Of a stretch of 64,000 nucleotides of DNA, positions 51,425 through 64,000 are shown one piece after another; the first letter of the stretch is position 1, and each line of letters opens with the position of its first letter. The DNA is taken from assembly GCA_030265395.1 (NCBI GenBank), contig JARFYF010000055.1, positions 13,446,610 to 13,510,609 of the forward strand, written 5' to 3'. The notes beneath the pieces are model-generated. The model did not search any database and was not told the DNA's origin. It was given only the letters and a program-made list of their open reading frames with translations. The DNA is from Rhina ancylostomus (lineage: Eukaryota). Made by a program: the position numbers and the translations under genes.

Positions 51425-52200
51425 GATGCAATGGGTGGTTAGGATCTGGAATGCACTTCCAGGAAGAGTAGAGGCAAATTCAGTTGTGGTGATTAAAAGG
51501 GAGACGGCATAAGTACCTGAAGGGAAAACTTTCCAGGGCTATGGGGAGAAGGCAGGGATGGTGGGACTAACTGGATTGCTCTTGCATGGAGCTGACATAG
51601 AGCATTTGGGCCACACAGCATTGTTCCATTCTGTAATATTTTTATGAGTCAGTGCCCAGAGTAACAGGTGGCCATTGAGTTCCTTGAAGTTGCTCTGTCA
51701 CTCCTATAGATCACGGATGGCCTGTGTCTTAACTCCATCTGTATGCCTTAGTTCTGGAAAATTTTAATACCGTTGCCAAACAAAATCAATTATTTTTAGT
51801 TGTGAAATTTTCAATTGATCCCCAGCTTAATCAAGTTTTCAGGGAAGGGATTTCTAGATTGTCCTGTCTTTTACACGATGAAGTGCTCTCTGGCTTCACC
51901 CCTGAATGACCCATTTCCAGGATTTGGGAGTGTGAGGAAAGTTATTGGCTCCCCCACCACAGGGAGTAAGTTCTCCGTACCTATCGTATCAACTACTTTA
52001 ATCATCTTAAATTCCTCAGTTAGATCTCCCCTTAATCTCCAATGCTTAAAAGAATATGAGCCAGTCCTGATAATTTGAACTTTCTATCATCAGCAATATT
52101 CTGGTGACTGATTTGCATCCCTTCCAAGGTCAATGCATCGTTCCTGAGGAACGGTACCCTGAATTTGATGTATTATTGGAGTCTAACTAGTGCTTACTCC
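51425..52200. mobile_element. Two old CR1 3' fragments, tail to tail
   Basis: Plus 51425-51645 (VVRIWNALPGR) and minus 51660-52200 (LRGDLTEEFKMIK). Confidence 0.55.
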
Positions 52201-53808
52201 TCTGAGAACCTTTAATCCATTTATTAAAATGTGAAGGCCTTAGAGAAAGAGCATTAAAGATTTACTAGTGATTCCAAAGACACAGGACTTCAGATAAAAT
52301 GATGGTACAGAGATTTTTATGCTGAAATTTTAACATATTCACAAGTTAACAATGTAAAATATAATTTGTAGATTAATTTGTTTTTACTATTGTCATGCAT
52401 TTTTAAATATTTTTGAAAAACTCTGCCTCTAATGCTTTCTCTGGGTTTCCCTCCCTAAACCTCTCTTCCTCTATAACTCTTTCTCCCCTTTAAATCTATC
52501 CCTTTGACAAAGCTTTTGGTCATCTCCCTACATGATTTGGTATAAAAAGTTGGATCATAATGTTGCAGTGAGGCAGCCTGAGATGTTTTACCATGCCTGA
52601 GCTGTTTTATTTCTTCTGCAGAAGAAAATCAAATATTAATGCCGAGTAGATCAATTGCATAACTCATAGCCAGGTAATTTCAGGTCATTGGGAACATTTG
52701 TCCAAACGCTTCTTGTCTTGATACCACATCAGGAGAGCAAGGGTTGAAGTCATTTTCTATGAACACTCCTCTAAGAGCATGGAAGTTAAAATATTTACCT
52801 ATGTCCATAGTTCCACCAAGTCATCAACTCAACTCCTCATCTCAATGCTAAACAATCTCTATCCTGCCACCAACTCCTTGATCTGAGACTCTCTCACCAC
52901 CCTAGGCATTGATCTCCCCCTGATGCCAATCCCAATCCCTCCATTTCTCTTTCTCAGCACACTGTGGTCCATCCTGATCACCACAATTCCCCAAAACATT
53001 GCTGTGCCTCCCCCAGCTCAAAATCTCAGTTGGCTCCATTTGCACACCCTATTGATCCACTAGTATTTTTATGTGGAACAAATCATTCCCTCTCCCTTTG
53101 TTCAGGTGAGTGACTTGTGGCCATGCCAAGAATTAAGAGGTTTGTAGAAAGACTGAATTGAAGCAAAGATTCTGAGTGTCTTTATTGAACCAAAAAAAGG
53201 ACTTGGTTCTTAGCTAGAGGCCTTACAACAGTCCAGAAAGAAAGGCATCCATTCAAACTCACTCAACTCAGGCCACGGTGATCAAGAAGGCAAATAATAA
53301 AATCACATTTTAACTAGGGAAGGATGGAGTAGCCTTTGTCCCTGAATCAAATAAAAAAATCTCCAATGCTGTGTATTTGCCAGGAACAGTTTAAAATGAT
53401 CACAGGACACACTGCTAAGTGTAACATGCCTGTGAGGCCTTATTAAGTCCAACTTTGAAGCAAACTATATGAGGTCTGACCTGCCCTGGAGTTATAGTTG
53501 TCAGAATAATTAACCAGAACATCCCCTCCTATAACCTCCCATCTGCTATTCCCATCCATGGCTTTCCTTGCAGCTGCTGCTCTTACAGGCATTCTCTCAG
53601 CCAATGCGTCTCCCTGCTTAATACAGTTAGAATAGGACCAACTTTCCAGGGCACAAAGACGAAGCCATCTGACTGAACTCCCTTACATGCATCAAAATTC
53701 CCCTTTTAGATCATGATGGATATGTGGCAAAATGAGTTTGGATCAAGCTGCAGTGATTGATCAAAAGCTTGGGGTCTAATTTAGTCTCCACAGCCTATAG
53801 GCTCTCAC

Positions 53809-53964
53809 AGAAAGCGCTGGAGGAACGTAGTGGGTCAGACCCTTTATCTGGACCCGATATGTTGACTGTCCGTTTCCCTGCATAGACGCTGCCTGACCCA
53901 CTGAATTCCTCCAGCACTTTTTGTGTTGCTCCAGATTCCAGCATCTGCAGTCTCTTGTGTCTCC
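53809..53964 (-). mobile_element. Short palindromic Penelope-associated element with degenerate TSD
   Basis: GGAGACACAAGAGACTGCAGATGCTGGAATC on minus; flanks cctataggctctcac (53794-53808) and cctgtaggttctcac (53963-53977). Confidence 0.7.
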
Positions 53965-54489
53965 TGTAGGTTCTCACGGTTGGCTTGCTGATAGAAAGTA
54001 AACTGGCCAGAATTCACTCAGGCCAATTGCAACTCTGGGTTACCTTGTTTGTACAGCAGAAGATGACAAATGAGAAGACATCTCCTCCAATGCAAACTCA
54101 GCTTAGATTATGAAATATATGCATGTGTACTAGCAAAGGGTGAGAAATTAGGAACAAGATTTGGTCACACTCCTTCCTAATTAACCTAAATATGACACAA
54201 TGTTTAACACCTCAAAACATGCTTAAATAGATTATCTGTTCACTTTATTGTATTGCTGTTTGTGACAGCTTGTAGTATGTGCGTCAGAAGAATTTCATTA
54301 GCTGATTGGGATATCTCGAAGTCTGAAAAGACAATGCAAGTCCTTCTTTTTCTTTTTCTTTCCTTTGTCAGCAAGGTTTAAAAAATGTTTTTCTTTCCAG
54401 GTTATTTAGGGTAGTTTGTTTACTGCTGCTGTGTGAGATGGAAACAAATCAGGAACATCTATCACTGAGAGGAATAATAATAATAATAA

Positions 54490-56860
54490 GAAGAATGTCT
54501 CCTCCTTCTCTTCTGGGTGATGAAGCCCACAGACTCTGCCACAGGTAGGCAGAGGTGCTTGACAGGGTGGGTGGTTCGGTATCTGTGTGCTTCTCAATGT
54601 CATCCTGAGTGCTCTTTCTTCATTCTGAATGTCAAGGACTGGGATTCTATGTGTTGATGGGGCATTACATTTTCACACTGGAGTGGGATATTAGAGACAA
54701 TACACATCAAAATACATGATTTATGCAGTTAGCTTAGCAAGACTCCCTGTTAACAGCAGAGATTCTCAAATAACCTTCCTGTTAGACAATCCCTGGGCAG
54801 TGAGAATAGCTCACTACCGCACTGGTTGTACAGGTTCTGAGGTGGTCAATGAAGTCAATGTGGGAGGCATAGAGTCTTCCACAGGTGAGCAAATGGTGGT
54901 TGATGGCAGAGCAGGTGGATAGCTTGCAAAATGGCGCGCTCTTTCCACCACCTATGCAGGGCCTCAGTGTGCTCCCGATGCATGGATTCAAGTTTCTCAA
55001 AACCATCTCACTTTGAGTGGTCATGGCCAGAGATTGCTAGCAGTCCGTGGGGATATTGCATTTTCTCAAGGAGACCAAGCACATCCTTGAATCTATTCCT
55101 CTGTCTACCTGGTAATCTCTTCTCATGACAGAGCTCAAATAGAACATTTCTCTCTCTCTCTCAGGAGCCTGGTGTCAGGCATGAGGACAACTTACCATGC
55201 CCTGTATTGTTGATTGCAGCAAGTAGGCCACGATGCTGGGAATGTGTATTTGGAAGAGGTTTCTGACATTGGTTCGCTGGTCCTTCTGATGAATTCAGAG
55301 GATTTTGCAGAAACAGTATTAGTGGACTTTTTCCAAAGCCTCAGGATGTCCGCTGTAGACAGTCCATGTTCAGAACATACAGGAGAGCAGAGATCACCAC
55401 TGCCCAGCAGATCACGAGTTTGATGTCAGGTCTTTGGAAATGATCTTCAAATACTAATTTTCTCAATCAACCAAAGGCAGTGCTGGCGCAATAAAAGCAG
55501 TTACTTATTTCATCAATGATGTCTGCCTTTTCTGAGAGGTGGTTCCTGAAATATGGGAAATGGTTCATGTTTTCCAGGGTCTCTCTGTAAACCTTTCTTG
55601 CCAGAGGGTAGTGTGGTGTTCAATACAATCACCCCCTCAGAACTAATCAACAAGCTTCAAAACCTGGGCTTCTGTACCTTCCTCTGCAACTGGATCCTTG
55701 ACTTCCATATCGGGAAACCACAGTCAGTGCGGATTGGTGGTAACATCTCCTCCTCGCTGACAATCAACTCAGGTGCACCTCAAGGATGTGTGCTTAGCCC
55801 ACTGCTATTCAATCTCTATATGCATGACTGTGTGGCTAGGCACAGCTCAAACACCATCTATAAATTTGCCGATGCCACCACTGGTGGTCTCTCAGATGGC
55901 AGAATCTCAGATGGCGATGAGGAGGCGTACTGGAGTGAGATAGATGGCTGAGTGGTGTCGCAACAACAACCTTGCACTCAGTATCAGCAAGACCAAGGAA
56001 CTGATTGTGGACTTCAGGAAGGGGAAGTCGGGACAACACATAACAGTCCTCATTGAGGGGTTAGCGGTGCAACTTTCTACAGATGTACGGTGCAGAGCAT
56101 TCTGTCTGGTTGCATCATCGCCTGGTATGGAGGCTCCAAAGTGCAGGATCGAAAAAGGCTGCAGAGGGTTGTAGACCCAGCCAGCTCCATCACAGGCACA
56201 ACCCTCCCCATCATCGAGGACATCTTCAAGAGATGGTGCCTCAAGAAGGCAGCAGCCATCATTAAGGGCCNNNNNNNNNNNNNNNNNNNNNNNNNNNNNN
56301 NNNNNNNNNNNNNNNNNNNNNNNNNNNNNNNNNNNNNNNNNNNNNNNNNNNNNNNNNNNNNNNCTTCCCATCCGCCATCAGATTTCTGAATGGTCCATGA
56401 ACCCATGAACACTACCTTGTTATTCCTCTTTTGCACTATCTATTTATTTTTGTAACTTATAGTAATTTTTATGTCTTGCACTGTACTGCTGCCACAACAC
56501 AACAAATTTCATGACATTTGTCAGTGACAATAAACTTGATTCTGATTATGCAGTAGGAACAGATTGGGCGAGGACCTTTATTTTGCAGGTGTTGTGTCAG
56601 GGCCATCCTCTCCTATGCTTCATTGAAAACATCTTGGAGCTTGGCTTCTGAGCATACACAAACACAATGTCACCTCCATAATGCAGCACAGTTACCGAGG
56701 TTTGGGTAACCTCAAATCTGGACTGTAGTTGCTGCAGGTTGAACAACTTCCCATAATGCTAAGATTATTGAAGGTGAGATGCAACATTATGGCAAGTTTG
56801 ACACCAGTCTTCACTGAAATGTTGTAGAACGTTGCAGAATATCAATGTCTTGATATGAAA
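54490..56860 (-). mobile_element. RTE-type LINE remnant, split by a Rex1 insertion
   Basis: Minus strand near 55030-55135 reads ELCHEKRLPGRQRNRFKDVL (RTE C-terminal GR..R.RFKD motif); it resumes at about 56550-56860 with decayed RT. Confidence 0.65.
55612..56548 (+). mobile_element. Rex1/Babar LINE, 5'-truncated
   Basis: [63 protein letters not shown]; WCRNNNLALSISKTKELIVDFRK; tail caataaacttgattctgat. Confidence 0.9.
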
Positions 56861-58554
56861 AATAGGACTACAGTATTCTCACCTTTGAAGTGTAATTGAT
56901 GTGTAGAAAGCTAAGCAGGCAATTTCATACTGCAGAGACCCACAAACAACTATATGATGATGAAAATATCAAATGTTTTTTTTAATGATGTTGAACTCAG
57001 AAGCCATGGAGAATTCCCTTGCTTTTCTTTAAGAAGTGTTCTGAGATCTTTAACCTTCACTTGAGCAGGGAAACTAGCTCAGCATTTACCATTTGATATG
57101 AAAGGCAACCTCTCTGCAGTATTTCCCCAGTATTGTATTGGAATGATACTCAGATCCTGTATTTGCTTTCTCTACTTACTCATTTTTTCAGGATCTGATC
57201 ATTGCTGGTAAGGCCAGCATTTATTTCCCATTCTTGACTGCTTCACTAGGCTGTTTCAGAAAGCATTTTAGACTCAACCAAACTGGTGGGCCTGGAGCCA
57301 AATGTAGGCCAGACCAGGGAAGAATTTCCTCCCTTAAGGGGTTTGTGTGACAACCCAGTGTTTCTGTGGTTTACATTGCTAATAACTATTCATCAATTTA
57401 AGCAAAGCAAGGGTTTCTCTACTTAGCTCCATAATGATCAAATATGATTGAAAACCAGAGCTGTAACCTCATTATACTGAACTTGTAGCCCTAGGGGAAC
57501 AAAACTTCAACAAGAAGAAATATTTACCTTCTTTGCTTTAACATTGTGCTTTAACAGACTGAATATTCCTCATTAGGCAATTACAGTCTAATTAGACAGC
57601 ATCTCACTTGATACACTCTGATCAATTCTTCCAATGTAGTTCAGGATGGAATTATTGTGCCCTTTGCCTGTTCATCTGTCAATTATTAATAAACCTAGTC
57701 TTCGAGGAACTGTACATCAGCTGTTTGAGGTGGGGATGCACATCATACCTCAACAGACCAATTAATTCTCTCCCTGTCTTTGCTACATCCCTCACAAGAA
57801 GAAAACCAAGAGCACATGATTATTTTCAGGTACTGTTTTTTTATTTCAAAAATAAACTTTATTCATAAAAAATGTATATAAGAAATTCAAAATCAGTGCA
57901 TGACTTTCTTTACTTTCCTCTGCTTGATACTTTCACTATTGGTATTGGTTTATTATTGTCACTTGTANNNNNNNNNNNNNNNNNNNNNNNNNNNNNNNNN
58001 NNNNNNNNNNNNNNNNNNNNNNNNNNNNNNNNNNNNNNNNNNNNNNNNNNNNNNNNNNACAGAATACAGAGTAAAGTAACACAGATGTTATATGTTATAA
58101 CTAATGTTATAAGTACCTCTTTTTAGATCAAGTTAGTACACCTTTACAATAAACATCGCTTCACTATGTTGGTCATAGTATCTGTGTGGTCAGTATTATT
58201 TGGGTCAGGGGAATAACAATCACTGATAGAGTATATCCACCTCATTCTTCTTTACACTATATTTACTAGGCCCTTCTCTTTGTCCATTATAACAGAATTC
58301 AACCATATAGAATTAGGAAATGCAGTACTTTCTTCTCAGAAGCTTTCACTGTGGGGAGATGTGCCAATACTTCCTGATGATTCTAGTCTCTCCTGGAAGC
58401 AATTGTAAATCTGTCCAGGATGAAAGTGTTAAAAAAAAGGCTCCATAAAGTTGTTGTTGGCTACCATAATCATTACATAAACCTTTAGCAGTCCAGGCTC
58501 AAAACCTGCTCTCAATCTGCATGTCTCAGCCAATTCTTGCCAAGGCTGCACCTC

Positions 58555-59330
58555 ATAGTTGTCAGGCAAGCCTCTCAGAGTCAGTACTCGGGTGCTGAGG
58601 ATGACTTGTTTTCAATCCAGTTCTCTGGATTCTGAGGCAGCTGACGTGGATCTGCAGACTCTGCAGAAGGTCGGCAGGAGCTTCTTGGATGTGTGGATGA
58701 GTTGTTTGGGAGATTTTATGTTCCTTCTCCTGTTTTATATTATGTATTTTATCAAAGAGACTCTGTATGCTTGGCACTTTCCCGGATCCTCCTCTCCATT
58801 TCAGCTCTCTAGGCCACCGATTTTCAAGAGTTGATGGGTGTTACAATTTTTTTCACATTATTGAAGCATTTTCCCTGTCTTCCCTGAAATCTCATGATGG
58901 AGCTCAAGAATCTGGCTGTAGAATGCATCCATCCCAGCTACATATAATTAGAGTCTTGATGCCAGGATGCTAGCCTGGGAGACAAATTTGAACTTTGCTT
59001 ATCCTGCGAAGGATCTGGAGAATGTTGTGCCGACAACATCGGTGGCACTTCTCCAGGGCTTTGAAGTGCACACTACAGGAGGTCTACAGAAGGTGGAGAT
59101 CACCACTGCCCAGCAGACCGTGAGCTTAGTGCTGATTGTGGACTTGATCTTTGAACATTCTTTTCCTCACTAGCCAAAGGCCATGCTAGCCCACTGGAGG
59201 CAGTGATGGATTTTACCATCTATGTCTGGCTTTGCTGAGAGACGACTCATAAGATATGGAAAGTGGTCCTGTTTTCCAGGGTCTCATCATTGATCTTTAT
59301 TGTCAGGGGGCAGTGTTTGCAGCACGGCAC
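58555..59330 (-). mobile_element. Second RTE-type LINE remnant
   Basis: Similar to 55380-55600 (gagatcaccactgcccagcaga; tgttttccagggtctc). Confidence 0.6.
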
Positions 59331-59569
59331 ATTTGTATATCTTTATCTTACACGTATTAGAGTGAGGCCCATTTTCTTGTATGTGTCAGTGCACAAGTCA
59401 ACAAAGATCTCTGTGTGTATGTATGTACACATTTCGTCAGCATACTATTGCTTGATAATTGAGGTAGGTGAGATCTTGGTTCTGGAGCGAAGGCAACAAA
59501 GATATTTATCCCATAGATTAGCTGCACTCCTGTGAAGATCTTGTTGGAGGTAAGATGCAATATTAATTA

Positions 59570-59915
59570 AAGAGTCTACAGCATGGAGGCAGGCTCTTTG
59601 GCACACTGTGTCCATGTGGAACATTTACCATCCAATTAATTTAATTCTACACAAATCCCATTTTATTTTCCCTACAATCACAAGAAATTCTTTTCCAGAT
59701 TTCACATCTCACCTCCGCACTAGGGGCAATTTAGGGAGGCCAAATAACCTAACAATCTGCACCTCTTTGGGACCAGAGCACCCAGAGGAAATCCACATAG
59801 TCTTGGGGAGAACATGCAATCTCCACATAGATAGTACCAGAAGTCAGGATCCAACTCAGATCACTGGAGCTGTGAGGCAGCAACTCCATCAGCTGTGCCA
59901 CTGTGCTGCTTCCTG
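59570..59915 (-). mobile_element. V-SINE copy
   Basis: ccagagcacccagaggaaatccac...gcaatctccacatagatag...ggagctgtgaggcagc. Confidence 0.7.
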
Positions 59916-61491
59916 AGGTAAAGAAAATTGAGGATAGGGTTGGAATGATGACATAGCTTTCAACTGTACCTCCAGTTCTCTACCACTGGAACATAAGGAA
60001 TTGTGGGGCTCTAATGTGGGGCTCTGGACTCTCATTTAAATATAGTTGAATTTCATGGGCTGGTTATTCATTGCATTTACTGTTGAAAATGATAATCAAT
60101 AATAAACCCATGAAAGTTAAGTGTATTTAAATAACATTTTTATATTTGCATTCATGTACACATCAGCAATCCTATTTATAGTTGACTACACTTCTCACCA
60201 GCAACATTTATCCATTTAAGACTATTTATCAATATATTTGCCATTGAGCTGCATGAAATAATTCCTCACTGAAACCAACTGTGGGTGTAAGTACTAATCT
60301 ACAATAGTCCTTACCATTAATAATTTTCTCCATTGATAGCATTTAATGGTATTTGTACTTAACAATGATTTTATTTGCAGTTAGTGATGCCCATAGCTAG
60401 ATTTTACATCTGACAGTATTTATGGTAACTCTATTTACCATTGAGAGTTATTATGGTTGATAGCATTTGCTAATTAATAACATAATAACATATTATAATT
60501 AATAAAATATACTTAAAAATAACCAATGGTGATATTTATTGGTGACAATAGTTACCCGTAACTGTACCTATTACTGATAGTACTATTGTTAATGGGTTGT
60601 GTTATTGACAACAATTTTCATTGGTAGTATCAACAGTATTGATTGTTAGTGGTAGCTGCATTAGAAATGTTTACCTTCGCCACTACTTACCATTGGTGAT
60701 CTGGATTCCCTGATAGAGGTTCTCCCTAGTGCCTTTATATCTTCATCAACATGAATAAGTGTCAGATTATATGCAAGTTGCCTGTTGTATTTTCTAGAAT
60801 ATGACAGTGTTGACATTTCAACTGCACTTTTTGAAGTATAAAATGCTTTGGGATCCACTTGATCTCACAAAGGATGTGAAAGATTGCTTTTTTTTCTTTT
60901 TTTGATAATAGTTAATCACAAGGCTGTTCCTCACCTGAACTCATCTGAATCACAGGGATTGTCTGTTCATCCTGATTTCACAAATCACACAGCAAGTGTA
61001 AAACAATACATTCACAGGGCAGAGTGTAAAAGATTGCTCAGTATCTAGTGGCTACAGTAGATCTTTCAGTGTAAGATTGGTATGGTTGATATATTGAATG
61101 TGGATATTAAGTGTACAGATTTATTTCTATGTTCTGTTAAAATATTTAAAAAGCATTTTTATATTTTTCAGTTAGAACCTTCTGATAACTGGACAATAAG
61201 GACTACTTTCTTTCAGCTGAATGATCGACATCACAAAAATGATTGTTTGGTTAATATTCAACAAATTATATTTAAATCCCTTCCCACTTCTATACAATAC
61301 AATCCTTATTCATAATAAATATAAGAAAATTAATTATTGAAAAGGAGTGAAATACATAGGTTTCCATATTATGTCAAGGATATAAAATCTCAAATTAAGC
61401 TAAAAAATCTTCACTTTTAAATTTCTTGGCTTTATATTTTTTTGAATTCAATAGTATCTGATTTTATAAATATTTATAAATATTATAAATA

Positions 61492-61870
61492 TGGGTAGCA
61501 CAGGGGTGTAGCTTGTAAAGCCATTGACTCACACAGTCAGATACCCAGGTTCAATCCTAACCTTCGGTGCTGTCTGTGTAGAGTCTGCACATTCTTCCTG
61601 TGAAGAGTGGTGGGTTTGGTGGGCTTCCTCTGGCTGTTCCAGTTTCCTCCCACATCCTAAAGATGCATGGATTGGTAGGTTCATTAGCCCCACCATAAAG
61701 TGCTCCTCGTGAGTGGTGGTATCTGGGAGGTGGGGGGGGGTGAATCTGATGAGACTGAGAGGGGAATAGAAAGTGGATCTAGTGAAGGATTACTGCAAAC
61801 GGGTGGATGATGTTCAGTGCAGGCTTGGTGGGCTATTTCCATGCTGTATCACCCTTTAACTCTCTGATTC
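61492..61870 (+). mobile_element. V-SINE copy
   Basis: Head gtagcacaggggtgtagc...ggttcaatcc and V-domain gctgtctgtgtagagtctgcacattc...tttcctcccacatcctaaagatg. Confidence 0.72.
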
Positions 61871-64000
61871 TATTTATAATCATTATTAATTCATACATTA
61901 CGTTCAGCAGGATGATGCTCCAGAATTGTTCAAGAACATGACCAACCTTTCCAGTTCCCCTATGCTAATTCACTGCATTAAATTGAACCATACAGACCAG
62001 CAGGGTCCAACATTTGGTTGGTTGTTTCTTTATTCTGAGATGGAATGATTAATAATGGGTTTACAAATAAAATCAGTGTCTCTGGACTTTGTGCACCGTC
62101 TTATGAAGACAGAATTGTTTTTTTTTAATGAATAAGATGGAATATTTGGCACTTCCTGATGAGGATAGTTTATCCTGGAAAAAGGAGCCCACAGCACACT
62201 CCACCATCCTAAGTGTTTATTCCCTTCAGCACGAGCGCAACACTGAATAATGAAGTGCAGTACTCAGTGAGACTACATCAGCAGAACCTCCCAAACTGAC
62301 AACCACTACGACTATGAAGACAAAGAACATGAGGATTCCAACATCTGCAGGTTCCTTCTCAACAGTTCCGTGGCAATACCTTTACCATCAGCGGTTCAGA
62401 TAGGTAGCTCATCATCATCTTCTCAAGAGCATTTGGTGATGAGCAATGATGTCCATCAAGCAAAGAAAATCACAATTTCTTTATTGGCCTGAGCCCTAAT
62501 CCCAACTTAGTGTATCAACACTTTGACCACTTTGTTCTACAATGGACTTTGTGTTTTTTCATTGTGTTCCTTCTTGTATGATTTTGTATAATTTATGTTT
62601 AATTTATGTTTTTCTTGTGAATGTTGTGCCTCTAATGCTATGTGCCTGGGATGCTACTGCAAATAACTATTTCATTGCACCTGGACATACATGTACATGT
62701 GCATAAGACAATAAACTTTGAATTCTTCCTTATTTTCAGCATTTTGGAAGCACCCTTGCCTCATCGACTCAGTGGTTCAGGAAACCCACCATCTGCCTGT
62801 GCATGGCAGTGTTGTCTGTAATACCTGCTTCCTCAGAGTGAATATAAGAAAAAATGTAACATCATTTTGAGTGCAGAATTAATGCCCTTCCAATATTTGC
62901 AACATTTTTGACTAAACAAATATCATTCATCACCAATTAAATTACTTGTTCCAAACCTGTTTTGATCATTGATCTACCAATATGATTGAATTTTGCAACA
63001 TTTCAGTCTAGCCATAAGGCTAAAGTGACTGATTCTTTGGTGTCTCAGATTGAACATGGTGTGAGTGGTCATGAATTATGAATGGCTGGTTGATGTCATT
63101 TTCTTTTCTCTCCATTAACTGGAAAAGCCAGCAATGTGATTTCCTGCCAATGTTCTTTTGTGGGCCCCTGTGGCAGTTCTAGTGGATTTTCTAACTCATG
63201 TCTGAGACCTAGAAGAAATGAAGTGCATGCAAATAAATGTTAGTGCAGTTAAAGTGATTCCAGCTGGGCTTGTAAATTACCACTCAGGAAATCAGTCATT
63301 CGTGATTGTTCACCTGTCATGAGGAAGCATTGCCAGTTCTAACCTTAAGAAAGATAAGCAGTAGGTGGTGAGATGTGGGTAGGGAAGGGGATGGTGGATG
63401 AATATGTGCAAAATTGATCTCTGGTTATAGTATGAGACAAGCAACAGTGAATGGTTATCAGGTTTAAATTCAGCCTGATTTTCTTTTCCATTGTCACCAT
63501 TTGGGTGTAAAACATGCTGCCAATTTCGAATAAAACCAGCTGACGATTTCACCTAACATCGACAATTTGCTTTTGTATTGCACCATCAGTGTAATAAAAC
63601 GTCCCACAGTGCTTCATCAGGCACTGAACTGCATAGGGAGTTATTAGGTTAGATAATCAAAGGATTGGTGAAAGATATAGATTTGAAGGAGCAACTTAAA
63701 GGAGGAGAGAGTGGGTGAGGAACTAGGGAGGGAATTTCAGATCTCAGACCTGGACTACTGAAGAAAGATCAGCCAGTGTTGAACATCAGTGTTGTATTAG
63801 AAGCCAGAACTGTTGAAACATAAAGATACTGGGTTTTTAGGTTTCTATCGAAGTTAACTGAGGGTGGAAGGATTTAAGACAGTTGTGACACTAGATTTGT
63901 AAGATGAATTTGAATTTATTCCAAAATGAGTAATGATTCCATCAATAGAAAAGGTAAACAGAGTGTAAAATACTGCTGTCAAAACACCACAGCACATCTT

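Noticed and set aside
28450-64000. A divergent plus-strand gene from the copy B promoter, or other host genes upstream
   Set aside because: No ORF with recognisable non-TE homology or a consistent exon chain was seen. Short or non-coding exons cannot be excluded by eye.
1-64000. CRISPR arrays, operons, prokaryotic defence systems, intact tRNA or rRNA genes
   Set aside because: The sequence is intron-containing vertebrate DNA. No regularly spaced repeat-spacer array was seen, and the tRNA-like segments are SINE or LINE heads without full cloverleafs.

Overview
Vertebrate genomic DNA from a gapped draft assembly. The repeat content (V-SINEs, DeuSINE-like elements, CR1, Rex1, RTE, Penelope-associated palindromes) suggests a cartilaginous fish (shark or ray); this is inference. 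The only host genes I can support are two head-to-tail stathmin-1 (STMN1-type) genes on the minus strand. Copy B (about 20.6-28.2 kb) is a conventional 146-aa STMN1 with all exons recoverable and a CpG promoter carrying E2F and CCAAT sites. Copy A (about 2.6-18.3 kb) is an intact but divergent paralog. It departs from both stathmin signature motifs, needs a non-canonical GC-AG last intron, has an unresolved N-terminal exon, and has a different promoter with clustered MYB sites and CHR elements. The upstream 35 kb has no recognisable host exons and consists of decayed and nested transposable elements. These include palindromic, TSD-flanked short elements with hammerhead-ribozyme-like motifs, a LINE with a tRNA-like head, a solo-LTR-like segment and a 5S rRNA-derived fragment. 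All calls were made by eye, and repeat boundaries are approximate.
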